Positions 28,014-36,128 of a stretch of 64,000 nt of DNA are shown here, piece by piece. The stretch is from a bacterium. Lineage in GTDB: Bacteria; Patescibacteriota; Minisyncoccia; Moranbacterales; UBA2206. The stretch's first letter is position 1. Each line of letters opens with the position of its first letter. Under the pieces are notes generated by a model. It worked only from the letters and a program-made list of their open reading frames with translations, had not been told where the DNA came from and ran no database searches. The position numbers and the translations under genes are program-made. The stretch lies in the NCBI GenBank assembly GCA_030654225.1, contig JAURXY010000034.1, positions 25,184-89,183 on the forward strand, written 5' to 3'.

Positions 28014-28092
28014 TGTCATTCCCGTGAAAACGGGAATCTAGTCTCAAATCACTAAGTTTCTACACTAGATTCCCGCCTACGCGGGAATGACA
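28014..28092. mobile_element. TGTCAT-type REPIN-like element with two ATTCCC-N8-GGGAAT arms
   Basis: tgtcattcccgtgaaaacgggaatc...gattcccgcctacgcgggaatgaca. Confidence 0.85.
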
Positions 28093-28096
28093 GAGG

Positions 28097-28489
28097 TTAG
28101 TTTTTTATTAAATCGCTCAATTTTATTCCATACAAAGTTTTTCTAATTTGCTCACCTAATTTTATCCACACGAAACTGGAAGCACATTTTTTCATCGCCG
28201 AGCAATGTATTCCTTGGCATTTGGCTGTCATCGGCCCTTCCATGATCTCAATAATCTCCCCCGCAGAAATTTCTTTCGGTTTTCTCGCCAAGACATACCC
28301 ACCATTTTTTCCTTTGATACTTTTGACTAATCCACTCTTTCGCAAATCACCAATCAATCTTTCCAGATATTTAGCCGAGATTTTTTCTTCTATTGATATC
28401 TCTTTTATATTCTTAATTTGAGGATAATTACGCGCCAAATTAACTATTGCTCGAAGCCCATATTCCCCTTTTGTTGATATCTTTAACAT
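28097..28489 (-). CDS. Rrf2-family transcriptional regulator (IscR/CymR-like)
   Basis: ISTKGEYGLRA, YLERL, GKNGGYVLA and three Cys; heads iscS-iscU. Start 28489 or 28501. Confidence 0.92.
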   Translation of the reverse strand: MLKISTKGEYGLRAIVNLARNYPQIKNIKEISIEEKISAKYLERLIGDLRKSGLVKSIKGKNGGYVLARKPKEISAGEIIEIMEGPMTAKCQGIHCSAMKKCASSFVWIKLGEQIRKTLYGIKLSDLIKN

Positions 28490-28498
28490 TTGTTTATT

Positions 28499-28549
28499 CA
28501 TACTAATTTAGTATGCTTTAATTATAATCTTTTTGAAATAATCTGTCAA
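28499..28549 (-). promoter_or_regulatory. Consensus sigma70 promoter with a palindromic operator
   Basis: Minus strand TTGACA(28549-28544)-17-TATAAT(28526-28521); CATACTAA-T-TTAGTATG at 28499-28515. Confidence 0.75.
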
Positions 28550-28583
28550 CAGTGTTATAATTAAAATGTAATTGTAATTTTTA

Positions 28584-28662
28584 TGTCATCCTCGCGAATG
28601 CGGGGATCCAGTCTCAAATCATTAATTTTCTACACTAGATTCCCGCATTCGCGGGAATGACA
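28584..28662. mobile_element. TGTCAT-type REPIN-like element, sibling of 28014-28092
   Basis: Shares the spacer agtctcaaatca.taa.tttctacactagattcccgc. Confidence 0.85.
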
Positions 28663-28671
28663 AAAATTTTT

Positions 28672-29796
28672 ATGCGTATATCATACAGCGCCTTTGATGC
28701 CTATCAAAATTGCCCACTGAAATATAAATTTCAAAATATTGACCACATTAAGGTGCCCAAATCCAAGGAGGCGGTTTTTGGCTCGACAATCCACGAGACA
28801 ATGAAGTTTATCCATACTCCTGGCATTCTCTCCCCTACATTAGATCAAGCCATGGAACATTTTTCCAACTCTTGGAATCCGGCAGTTTTTGACGGAGAAA
28901 TGGAGGAGCGCGCCGCTTTTTCTCAGGGCGTAAAAATTATTCAGGACTACTATCAAAAAAATAATCCCGCAGATTTTAATATCATCAATTTAGAATCACG
29001 CTTTCAAATTGAAATTGGGCCGGAAAATGATCGGCATATTATCTCCGGCATCATCGACCGCATCGACAAAACTGAAGACGGTTTTGAAATTATTGATTAT
29101 AAAACTACCAAGAAAATGCCTAACCAAGAAAAAGTTGACAACGACATTCAACTTTCCGTTTATCTCCAAGCATTTCTCTCTAATTATCCTAAAGAAATTG
29201 AAAATCTGGATAAGATAAAAGTAAGTTTGTATTTTTTAAAGCATGGCGTTAAACTTTCTGCCACAAGAACTTTGGAGCAACTGAAAAAAAGCGAGCGACT
29301 TTTTTTAGACACTATAAAAGTCATCGAGGCTGGCAATTTTGAACCGACTATGTCCCCTCTTTGCGATTGGTGCGGATACCAAAATCTTTGCCCGATGTGG
29401 AAACATAAATTCAAGGAACTGCGCCATATCGACACAGAGGAAATTAATAAATCAATCGAAGAATATATTGATCTAAAATCAGCCATCGCTATGACGAAAG
29501 ATAGGATGGCTAAACTACAAGAAGATATTCTGGGTTATATGGATCAAGAAGGCGTGGAAAGAGTTTTTGGTCCGCAAGGCGTCATTGCCAGGTCACTTCG
29601 TAAGACTTATAAATACGACGAGAAAAAACTCCGCGAAGTTTTGGAACCGCTGGATCATTGGGAAGATGTGCTAAAAGTAGATGGCATTGCACTGCGAAAT
29701 ATTCTGGGTGTCTTACCATTTGAAGCCAAAAAAGAAATTGAAAAAGCTAAAGTTCTCGACAAAGAAACTAAAAGTTTAAGCGTGAAGAAAAAATGA
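28672..29796 (+). CDS. PD-(D/E)XK RecB/AddB/Cas4-like nuclease with a 4-Cys Fe-S motif
   Basis: SYS...CPLKY, GIIDRID, IIDYKT, QLSVY and CDWC..CP; ORF-track start 28657 lies in the repeat. Confidence 0.85.
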   Translation: MRISYSAFDAYQNCPLKYKFQNIDHIKVPKSKEAVFGSTIHETMKFIHTPGILSPTLDQAMEHFSNSWNPAVFDGEMEERAAFSQGVKIIQDYYQKNNPADFNIINLESRFQIEIGPENDRHIISGIIDRIDKTEDGFEIIDYKTTKKMPNQEKVDNDIQLSVYLQAFLSNYPKEIENLDKIKVSLYFLKHGVKLSATRTLEQLKKSERLFLDTIKVIEAGNFEPTMSPLCDWCGYQNLCPMWKHKFKELRHIDTEEINKSIEEYIDLKSAIAMTKDRMAKLQEDILGYMDQEGVERVFGPQGVIARSLRKTYKYDEKKLREVLEPLDHWEDVLKVDGIALRNILGVLPFEAKKEIEKAKVLDKETKSLSVKKK

Positions 29797-29806
29797 TAAC
29801 CTCAGT

Positions 29807-30154
29807 TGTCATCCTGAACTTGTTTCAGGATCCCTATTAATCTATGAAACAATATTGTGTTTACATTATTACTAATAAACTAAATAAAGTTTTTTATATT
29901 GGATTTACTGGAAATTTACCAAAAAGAATTTACGAACATAAAAATAAATTAGTAAAAGGATTTTCTGAAAAATATAATTTAACAAAATTAGTTTATTTTG
30001 AGCAAACAACGGATGTTTATTCTGCTATCTCCAGAGAAAAACAACTAAAAAATTGGCACAGGGATTGGAAAATAAACCTGATAACTAAAAGTAATCCGGG
30101 TTGGATAGATTTGTATGACACATTATTAGATGCTGAAACAAGTTCAGCATGACA
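29807..30154 (+). mobile_element. Candidate autonomous element: GIY-YIG nuclease between 26-bp hairpin terminal inverted repeats
   Basis: Left tgtcatcctgaacttgtttcaggatc versus right (reverse complement) tgtcatgctgaacttgtttcagcatc; 24/26 with compensatory changes. Confidence 0.8.
29844..30152 (+). CDS. Stand-alone GIY-YIG nuclease (UPF0213-like)
   Basis: YCVYII...FYIGFT..LPKRIYEHK...LVYFE...AISREKQLKNWHRDWK; stop codon lies in the right repeat. Confidence 0.92.
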   Translation: MKQYCVYIITNKLNKVFYIGFTGNLPKRIYEHKNKLVKGFSEKYNLTKLVYFEQTTDVYSAISREKQLKNWHRDWKINLITKSNPGWIDLYDTLLDAETSSA

Positions 30155-30189
30155 GTCTTTTTTATCTTATCATCCTGAGTTTGTCTTTT

Positions 30190-30215
30190 TGTCATCCTGA
30201 ATTTATTTCAGGATC
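30190..30215. repeat. Solo TGTCAT arm
   Basis: tgtcatcctgaatttatttcaggatc, identical to the left arm at 13224. Confidence 0.8.
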
Positions 30216-30230
30216 TCTATAAAAATTCAT

Positions 30231-30680
30231 ATGCATAAACTGAAAACCTTTCTCAAAAAATTCTTTCTCATCGACGACACTCCACACAAAATTGCTGCGG
30301 GAGCATCTTTGGGAATTTTTTTAGGAATCATTCCTGGTGAAGGAGTTTTAGCAACTCTTATTTTGGCTTCGCTTTTTCGCTTCAATCGTTTGTCAGCTAC
30401 TGCTGGAGTCTTGGTTTTTAATATGTGGGCCACGGTTGCAATCCTGCCCTTTTCCGCAGGAATTGGCGCTTTTATTTTCAAAACTAATCCGCAAGAATTG
30501 ATTGATAATTTTAATTCAACTTATCATCTTGGACTAAAATATTTTTTCAGTAAAATTATTTTTCTCGAATTATTACTTCCGCTTATTGTTGGCTTCTTCA
30601 TCACCGCCGGCATCATCGCTTTAGCTTTTTATTTCTTGATTTATTTTTTGTTGAAATATAAAAAAGTGAGTTTTAGGTAA
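30231..30680 (+). CDS. DUF2062-family membrane protein
   Basis: DDTPHKIAAGASLGIFLGIIP. Confidence 0.75.
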   Translation: MHKLKTFLKKFFLIDDTPHKIAAGASLGIFLGIIPGEGVLATLILASLFRFNRLSATAGVLVFNMWATVAILPFSAGIGAFIFKTNPQELIDNFNSTYHLGLKYFFSKIIFLELLLPLIVGFFITAGIIALAFYFLIYFLLKYKKVSFR

Positions 30681-30684
30681 ATTA

Positions 30685-30718
30685 AAAGGCATACGCAGTT
30701 ATGAACTGGATGCCTTTT
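30685..30718. terminator. Bidirectional terminator
   Basis: aaaaggcat...atgcctttt between the DUF2062 gene and the tRNA pair. Confidence 0.5.
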
Positions 30719-30727
30719 TTGTTTTGT

Positions 30728-30800
30728 TGCTCTGGCAGGGATTTGAACCCCGGACTAAGACATTGACAGTGTCTTGTTCTGACCGCTGAACTACCAGAGC
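30728..30800 (-). tRNA. tRNA with GTC anticodon (Asp), atypical identity bases
   Basis: GCTCTGG/CCAGAGC acceptor stem, GTTC/GAAC D stem, AGACA-CTGTCAA-TGTCT anticodon arm, GGTTCAAATCC; A73, no encoded CCA. Confidence 0.8.
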
Positions 30801-30809
30801 ATAAAAAAT

Positions 30810-30896
30810 TGGCGGGAGAGAGAGGATTTGAACCTCCGTCATAAGGGATTATGTGTTGACCCTTCATCCTATCCATAATTTCTAGACGACTCTCCC
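30810..30896 (-). tRNA. tRNA-like gene with an expanded 12-nt anticodon loop (identity undetermined)
   Basis: GGGAGAG/CTCTCCC-G-CCA acceptor, GGAGG-TTCAAAT-CCTCT T arm, AAGGG-TCAACACATAAT-CCCTT. Confidence 0.65.
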
Positions 30897-30920
30897 AAAA
30901 GAACAACATCTTAATAAAAA

Positions 30921-30950
30921 ATCCTAGCATAACGCTAGTCTTTTTGTCAA
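30921..30950 (-). promoter_or_regulatory. Promoter for the tRNA pair
   Basis: TTGACA-18 bp-TAGGAT with an extended -10 TG. Confidence 0.55.
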
Positions 30951-31000
30951 GTATTAAAAAAGTAAAAATCCTATTCACTAATAAACTAATCAACTATTCA

Positions 31001-31708
31001 CTATCTTATCACCGTCCCTTGAAATTCCTTCTCCTCTAAAATATTTTTCAAATTCTTTAAATTTTTTCCTTCGGCAATGATGACCTCAAGATTGTTTTCC
31101 TGGGCAAGTTTTGAAGCTACTGGATCAAAAGGCATATTGAGTCCTGGGTCCCAACGATTGCCAACAATTTTGCGAAAATTTTTCCAATTAATTTCTTTGA
31201 TTATTTTAGCATCCGGATATTTTTTCGGATCTTTGTCGCAAGCATATTTAATGTTGGAAAGATTGATGAGTTTTTTAGCGCCCAGTCTTTCTGCGATAAT
31301 TGTGGCGACATAGTCAGTGGACGCTCCTGGCTTCCAACCAGCAGCCACCATAATCCCCTCCCCAGCCGCAAAGTGAGTGGATAAATTTTCTTTAGTGCGC
31401 GGGTTTTTGTTGATTCTTGGATGAGCATAGGCACGAAAAATAGTTTTCACTAAATGCGCATTGAGTCTTGTTGCATGAATACCTAGCCAGTCTTGGTCAT
31501 CCTTGGTAAGTTTAGTCACTTTATTAGCTGCTTGCGCATATTCCCTCGCCGCATATCCCCCGCCCGTAATAATCGCAAATTTTTTGCCTTTCTTAATTTC
31601 TGAGACTATCAACTCGCGAAACTTTTTCAAAAACTGCCAATCGATTCTTTTTGGAACGATTAGTGAACCTCCGAGAGAAATTACAATGATATTATTTTTA
31701 TTATTCAT
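31001..31708 (-). CDS. pyrH: UMP kinase (archaeal-type)
   Basis: VISLGGS, GGGYAAREY, GIHATRLNA, PGASTD and PFDPVAS. Confidence 0.9.
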   Translation of the reverse strand: MNNKNNIIVISLGGSLIVPKRIDWQFLKKFRELIVSEIKKGKKFAIITGGGYAAREYAQAANKVTKLTKDDQDWLGIHATRLNAHLVKTIFRAYAHPRINKNPRTKENLSTHFAAGEGIMVAAGWKPGASTDYVATIIAERLGAKKLINLSNIKYACDKDPKKYPDAKIIKEINWKNFRKIVGNRWDPGLNMPFDPVASKLAQENNLEVIIAEGKNLKNLKNILEEKEFQGTVIR

Positions 31709-31746
31709 AGTGTTTTAATTTTGTTCGTAGATTCGCATATAATTCG

Positions 31747-31790
31747 CCCGCCTCGCGTCGACGAGCAATCGTCTTGCGAGTCGAGGCGGG
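31747..31790. mobile_element. 44-bp intergenic copy of the rfbB micro-insertion
   Basis: cccgcctcgcgtcgacgagcaatcgtcttgcgagtcgaggcggg, inserted into a TTCGTAGATTCGCAT repeat. Confidence 0.85.
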
Positions 31791-31808
31791 TAGTTTCGCA
31801 TCGGTTAA

Positions 31809-32240
31809 TTATTTAATACAATTTTTATCCGGCAAGTATCCTCTTGATTCTGCCTCAATTTTCGAAGAAAAGCAAACTAGGTTTTTCGGACTTATATTCT
31901 TGGCATAACGGCAAGTCGACAAATGATATTTATTGGAATTTTTTGACCCTACGAAAGCGCAATTTTGAGGTTGGCCAGTAGCGCCAGTTTCATCCTTTTT
32001 CGCCTCAGATGGCAAATTTTGGCTTTGAGAGACGCCACAAACCGCCTGATTGTTGTTATCGGCCGGCTTTTCAATAATAAGCGGGTTTTGAGCCATTTTT
32101 TGACCTTTCAAAACTCCCCCTTCAAAAGAAATTACAGCGACTAAAACAAAGCCCAGAATGAGAATTATCTTATGTTCGTATTTTTGCCAAAAATCTTTAG
32201 TTTTTGCTTTTATGACGTTTTTATCCATAGCTGTTGACAT
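31809..32240 (-). CDS. Membrane-anchored protein with a C-terminal Ada-like metal-binding domain
   Basis: FVGSKNSNKYHLSTC...EAESRGY; start may be 32228. Confidence 0.75.
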   Translation of the reverse strand: MSTAMDKNVIKAKTKDFWQKYEHKIILILGFVLVAVISFEGGVLKGQKMAQNPLIIEKPADNNNQAVCGVSQSQNLPSEAKKDETGATGQPQNCAFVGSKNSNKYHLSTCRYAKNISPKNLVCFSSKIEAESRGYLPDKNCIK

Positions 32241-32262
32241 TATACCACAAATAAAGTAAGCT
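32234..32262 (+). promoter_or_regulatory. Probable rpmA promoter
   Basis: TTGACA-17 bp-TAAGCT. Confidence 0.5.
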
Positions 32263-32300
32263 TATTTAAGTAATAATAAACAATTTAGTAATTCAATTAT

Positions 32301-32573
32301 ATGGCGCATAGAAAAGCAGGTGGTTCCACTCAACTGGGACGAGATTCAATTTCGAAAAGATTAGGTGTGAAAAAATTTGCGGGAGAAAAAGTTGCTCCCG
32401 GACAAATCATTATCCGCCAACGAGGAACAAAATTCCGACCTGGAAAAGATGTTAAACGAGCAGAAGACGATACTCTCTTTGCGTTGAAAGAGGGAGTAGT
32501 GAAATTTACTGCCAAAAAAGTTCGAAAATTTACTGGTAAAATGATTTCAAAGAAATTTGTTTCTGTAGAATAA
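32301..32573 (+). CDS. rpmA: 50S ribosomal protein L27
   Basis: [20 protein letters not shown] and IIIRQRGT. Confidence 0.97.
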   Translation: MAHRKAGGSTQLGRDSISKRLGVKKFAGEKVAPGQIIIRQRGTKFRPGKDVKRAEDDTLFALKEGVVKFTAKKVRKFTGKMISKKFVSVE

Positions 32574-32597
32574 ATTCAAAGTCAAAAATTATCTTTC

Positions 32598-32627
32598 AAA
32601 AAACCCTGCTCATCTGCAGGGTTTTTT
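32598..32627. terminator. Bidirectional terminator
   Basis: aaaaaaccctgc-tcatct-gcagggtttttt. Confidence 0.75.
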
Positions 32628-32633
32628 ATTATA

Positions 32634-34274
32634 TCAAGCTACTTTTTTTTTGCTACTTGCTTTTATAAATTCAAGAAATAGTGGGTGTGAATTAATTGGA
32701 TCGGTTTTGAATTCCGGATGAAATTGAGCTCCTAGAAAAAATGGATGAACATTTTTTGGCAACTCTGCTATCTCCATCAGTTTTCCGTCGGCTGATTTTC
32801 CAGAGAAAACTAAACCGGCTTTCTCTAATTTTTCAATATACTGCGGATTAACCTCCCAGCGATGTCGATGGCGTTCAGAAATTTTATTTTTCCCATAAGC
32901 CTGATGTGCCAGCGTTCCCTTTTTAATAACTGCCGAGTAGGCGCCGAGTCGCATAGTGGCTCCGAAATTATGGTCAGCTAGATTCTTCTTTTGCTCTGGC
33001 ATAATATCAATTACTGGATTTTTTGTTTTTCTGTCAATTTCGGTGGTATTAGCATCTTTCAAATCCAATACATTTCTGGCATATTCAACCACAGCGAGTT
33101 GCATTCCATAACAAAGTCCAAAAAAAGGAATCTTGTTTTCTCGCAAAAATTTGATGGCTTTTATTTTCCCCTCAATTCCGCGTGAGCCAAAGCCACCAGG
33201 GATAATCACCCCGTCATAATTTTTCAATTCTTCCAATTTTTCCGGCTCTTTTTCAAAAGCCTCACTGTTCACCCAACTTATTTTTGGTTTCAATTGAAAT
33301 TTGTAAGCAGCATGTTTTATCGCTTCAATCACACTAAGATACGCATCCGAAAGTACAAAATCACCTGTGCCAAAATATTTTCCCACTATACCAATCTTAA
33401 CTTCTCCCTTTGGATTCTTAATTTTTTCCAAAAGATCATACCATTTTTTCAAATTAGTTTTCTTGTATGGCAAACCTAATTTCTTAAGAAGCAACCGACT
33501 CAAATCATCTCGTTCAAAATTTATCCCCACTTCATAGATACTCTCAATATCCGGAGCGCTAATTACATATCTTTCTGGGATATTGCAAAACATCGCAATT
33601 TTTTCTTTTCTTTTTTGATCAAGTCGAGTGTCACTTCTAGCCACAATAACATCCGGCAAAATTCCGGCGCTATTAAGTGTTCGCACTGCATATTGAGTTG
33701 GTTTAGTTTTCATTTCTCCTACCTTAGAAGGAATTGGCAAATAACTCACCATCACAAACAGAACATCATCTGGATGTTTTATCTTCATCATCCTAGCCGC
33801 TTCTAAAAAAAGAATATTTTGATATTCACCAACTGTTCCGCCAATCTCAATCATAGTCACATCTGAATCAGCTTTCTTGGAAGCTTTTTCTATTCTTTCA
33901 ATAACTTCCATTGGAATATGTGGCACAACCTCCACACACTTTCCATTATATTCAAGATTTCTTTCCTTGTGAATCACTGTTTCATACACTCTGCCAGTGG
34001 TCATATAATTATCTCGATTCAAAGTAATACCCAAAAATCTTTCATAATTTCCCATATCTTGATCAGTCTCATCACCATCATCCAAAACAAAAACTTCTCC
34101 GTGTTCAGTTGGGTTCATTGTACCAGCATCAACATTAATGTAAGGATCAATTTTTATAGCCGTCACATTAAATCCACGCGCCTGAAGAATCGCGCCGATA
34201 GCTGAAGTAGTTATCCCCTTTCCCACTCCACTCATCACACCCCCAACAACAAAGATATACTTTCTGTTTTTCAT
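32634..34274 (-). CDS. pyrG: CTP synthase
   Basis: GGVMSGVGKG, KTKPTQ, GLCYGMQ and QFHPEF. Confidence 0.98.
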   Translation of the reverse strand: MKNRKYIFVVGGVMSGVGKGITTSAIGAILQARGFNVTAIKIDPYINVDAGTMNPTEHGEVFVLDDGDETDQDMGNYERFLGITLNRDNYMTTGRVYETVIHKERNLEYNGKCVEVVPHIPMEVIERIEKASKKADSDVTMIEIGGTVGEYQNILFLEAARMMKIKHPDDVLFVMVSYLPIPSKVGEMKTKPTQYAVRTLNSAGILPDVIVARSDTRLDQKRKEKIAMFCNIPERYVISAPDIESIYEVGINFERDDLSRLLLKKLGLPYKKTNLKKWYDLLEKIKNPKGEVKIGIVGKYFGTGDFVLSDAYLSVIEAIKHAAYKFQLKPKISWVNSEAFEKEPEKLEELKNYDGVIIPGGFGSRGIEGKIKAIKFLRENKIPFFGLCYGMQLAVVEYARNVLDLKDANTTEIDRKTKNPVIDIMPEQKKNLADHNFGATMRLGAYSAVIKKGTLAHQAYGKNKISERHRHRWEVNPQYIEKLEKAGLVFSGKSADGKLMEIAELPKNVHPFFLGAQFHPEFKTDPINSHPLFLEFIKASSKKKVA

Positions 34275-34287
34275 ATTTTTTCAGACA

Positions 34288-34313
34288 AAAAGTCGCTCTT
34301 CCCCGCGACTTTT
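34288..34313 (-). terminator. Hairpin or terminator between rplI and pyrG
   Basis: aaaagtcgc-N8-gcgactttt. Confidence 0.5.
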
Positions 34314-34335
34314 AAAAATAAATTTATTAAGGTTG

Positions 34336-34779
34336 CTACTCAATCCCCCTTACTTCTAATTTAATTTTTTCTCTTATTTCTTCTGACAATTTTATTTCAA
34401 TTTCATATTCTCCCACCTTCTTTATTGCTTGTTTAATTATAATTGAATTTGCTAAAATGTTCAAGCCTTCTTTTTTCAGGGCTTCTTCGATATTTTTGAC
34501 TGTTATCGAACCGAAAAGCTTACCCTTTTTTTCCTTAGCTTCAATAGTAATTTTTTTGCCTTTTAGAACACTGGCTAAATTTCTTAGTCGCTCCGTCTCG
34601 GCCAGTTTGTTTTTTTGTTCTTTTTCTTTTTGCGATTGAAAAAACTTAACTGCACTTTCTGTTGCAACGCCCGCTAATTTTTTGGGAAGCAAAAAATTTT
34701 GCGCATACCCTTCCGCCACTTCTTTCACATCTCCCTTCTTCCCCAAACTTTTCACATCTTGTAATAATATTATTTTCAT
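34336..34779 (-). CDS. rplI: 50S ribosomal protein L9
   Basis: LGKKGDVKEVAEGYAQNFLLP and KLFGSIT. Confidence 0.96.
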   Translation of the reverse strand: MKIILLQDVKSLGKKGDVKEVAEGYAQNFLLPKKLAGVATESAVKFFQSQKEKEQKNKLAETERLRNLASVLKGKKITIEAKEKKGKLFGSITVKNIEEALKKEGLNILANSIIIKQAIKKVGEYEIEIKLSEEIREKIKLEVRGIE

Positions 34780-34797
34780 AGATTCGTATAATTAAAA

Positions 34798-36120
34798 TTA
34801 TTTAACAGGGTTAATTTTTTCCTTAATTATTTCCATCGCCTTATCCAATTGTGGATCGCGTTCGTTTTTATAGTCATCACTTGTCATTTTTACTTCTACA
34901 TCCGGAGCAATTCCTTTTTCCATAATGTAATCACCTTTGGGTGTGAGCCACTTGGCAACCGTAATTTTCACGCTTGAACCACCAGGAAGATCCATAAGTT
35001 GCTGAACACTACCCTTGCCAAAAGTTTTTTCTCCAATCAAGGTTATCCCACGATCATCTTTCAATGCTCCTGCTAAAATTTCTGAGGCGCTAGCACTACC
35101 TTCGTTAATGAGAACTACCATTGGAATAGAGCTTAACTTATCTCCTCCAATTGTATGTAGACTATCTTTCTTGCCCGCATTATTTTCTTCTAGTACCACA
35201 ACATTGCCCTTAGCTATCATGCGACTGGCTACTTTTATTGATTTATCCAAAAGACCGCCTGGATTATCACGCAAATCCAAGACTATCCCCTTACTTTTTT
35301 GGGCAATTATTTTATTCATTGCACTGTCAAACTGCACATCAACATCATCAGAAAATTTTATTATTTTTAGATACGCAATGCCGTCATCCTTAAATTCTAC
35401 CTTAGCACTATCTAATTTTATCGTTTCTCGAACCACTGTTATTTCTGTAGTCTCCTGATCTCCAGAATGAAGAATGGTGAGTTTAACTTGTGTGCCTTTC
35501 TTACCTCTTATTAAATCTACCGCTTGATCGATTGTGAGCTCCAAGGATGATTTTTCATCAATTTTCAAAATTTTATCCCCTGAGCGAATCCCAGCTTTTT
35601 GCGCTGGAGAACCATCTAGCGGAGCAATGACTGTTAGAATTTCATCTTTTATCCCGAGTTCGGCGCCTATTCCATCAAAAGAACCTGCGATATCCTGCGA
35701 AAACATCTTGCTTTCCTCCGGATTAAAAAAACTTGAATATGGATCGCCCGTAGCACTAAGCATTCCATTGATCGCTCCATAAACCATTTTTTGTGCATCT
35801 AAATTGTTTCGCTCAATATGCTTTTCTTTGACCAAATCCCAAACTTTCCAAAAAAGCGAGAAGTCAACTTTTTCATTTTGCGAAGACGCTTTATTTTCAA
35901 TAATCGCTTTTTCCAAAGGAACATTTTTATTATCAGGTATATTGGACTGCCCCTTTTTATATCCCAAAAAGAAACTGCCCGCCACTAAAAAAATAATCAC
36001 CAGTAAAGATGAATAACGCTTAAAAAGATGGAGATTTTTCTCCATATTTTCTTTTTCTTTTTTTTCTTTATCTTCTATTATTTCTTGTTTTATTTTTTCT
36101 TCAAAATTTTCTGATTCCAT
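34798..36120 (-). CDS. S41 C-terminal processing peptidase (CtpA-like) with a PDZ domain
   Basis: GIGAEL, DLRDNPGG, SASASEI and GKGSVQ. Confidence 0.95.
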   Translation of the reverse strand: MESENFEEKIKQEIIEDKEKKEKENMEKNLHLFKRYSSLLVIIFLVAGSFFLGYKKGQSNIPDNKNVPLEKAIIENKASSQNEKVDFSLFWKVWDLVKEKHIERNNLDAQKMVYGAINGMLSATGDPYSSFFNPEESKMFSQDIAGSFDGIGAELGIKDEILTVIAPLDGSPAQKAGIRSGDKILKIDEKSSLELTIDQAVDLIRGKKGTQVKLTILHSGDQETTEITVVRETIKLDSAKVEFKDDGIAYLKIIKFSDDVDVQFDSAMNKIIAQKSKGIVLDLRDNPGGLLDKSIKVASRMIAKGNVVVLEENNAGKKDSLHTIGGDKLSSIPMVVLINEGSASASEILAGALKDDRGITLIGEKTFGKGSVQQLMDLPGGSSVKITVAKWLTPKGDYIMEKGIAPDVEVKMTSDDYKNERDPQLDKAMEIIKEKINPVK

Positions 36121-36128
36121 AAATTTTT

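Noticed and set aside
28584-30215. CRISPR array or Cas locus (Cas4-like gene next to palindromic repeats)
   Set aside because: The repeats are inverted pairs or dispersed rather than regularly spaced direct repeats with unique spacers, and there is no cas1, cas2 or effector gene.
30682-30993. 103-aa ORF
   Set aside because: It spans the two tRNA-like genes and their promoter; a shadow ORF.
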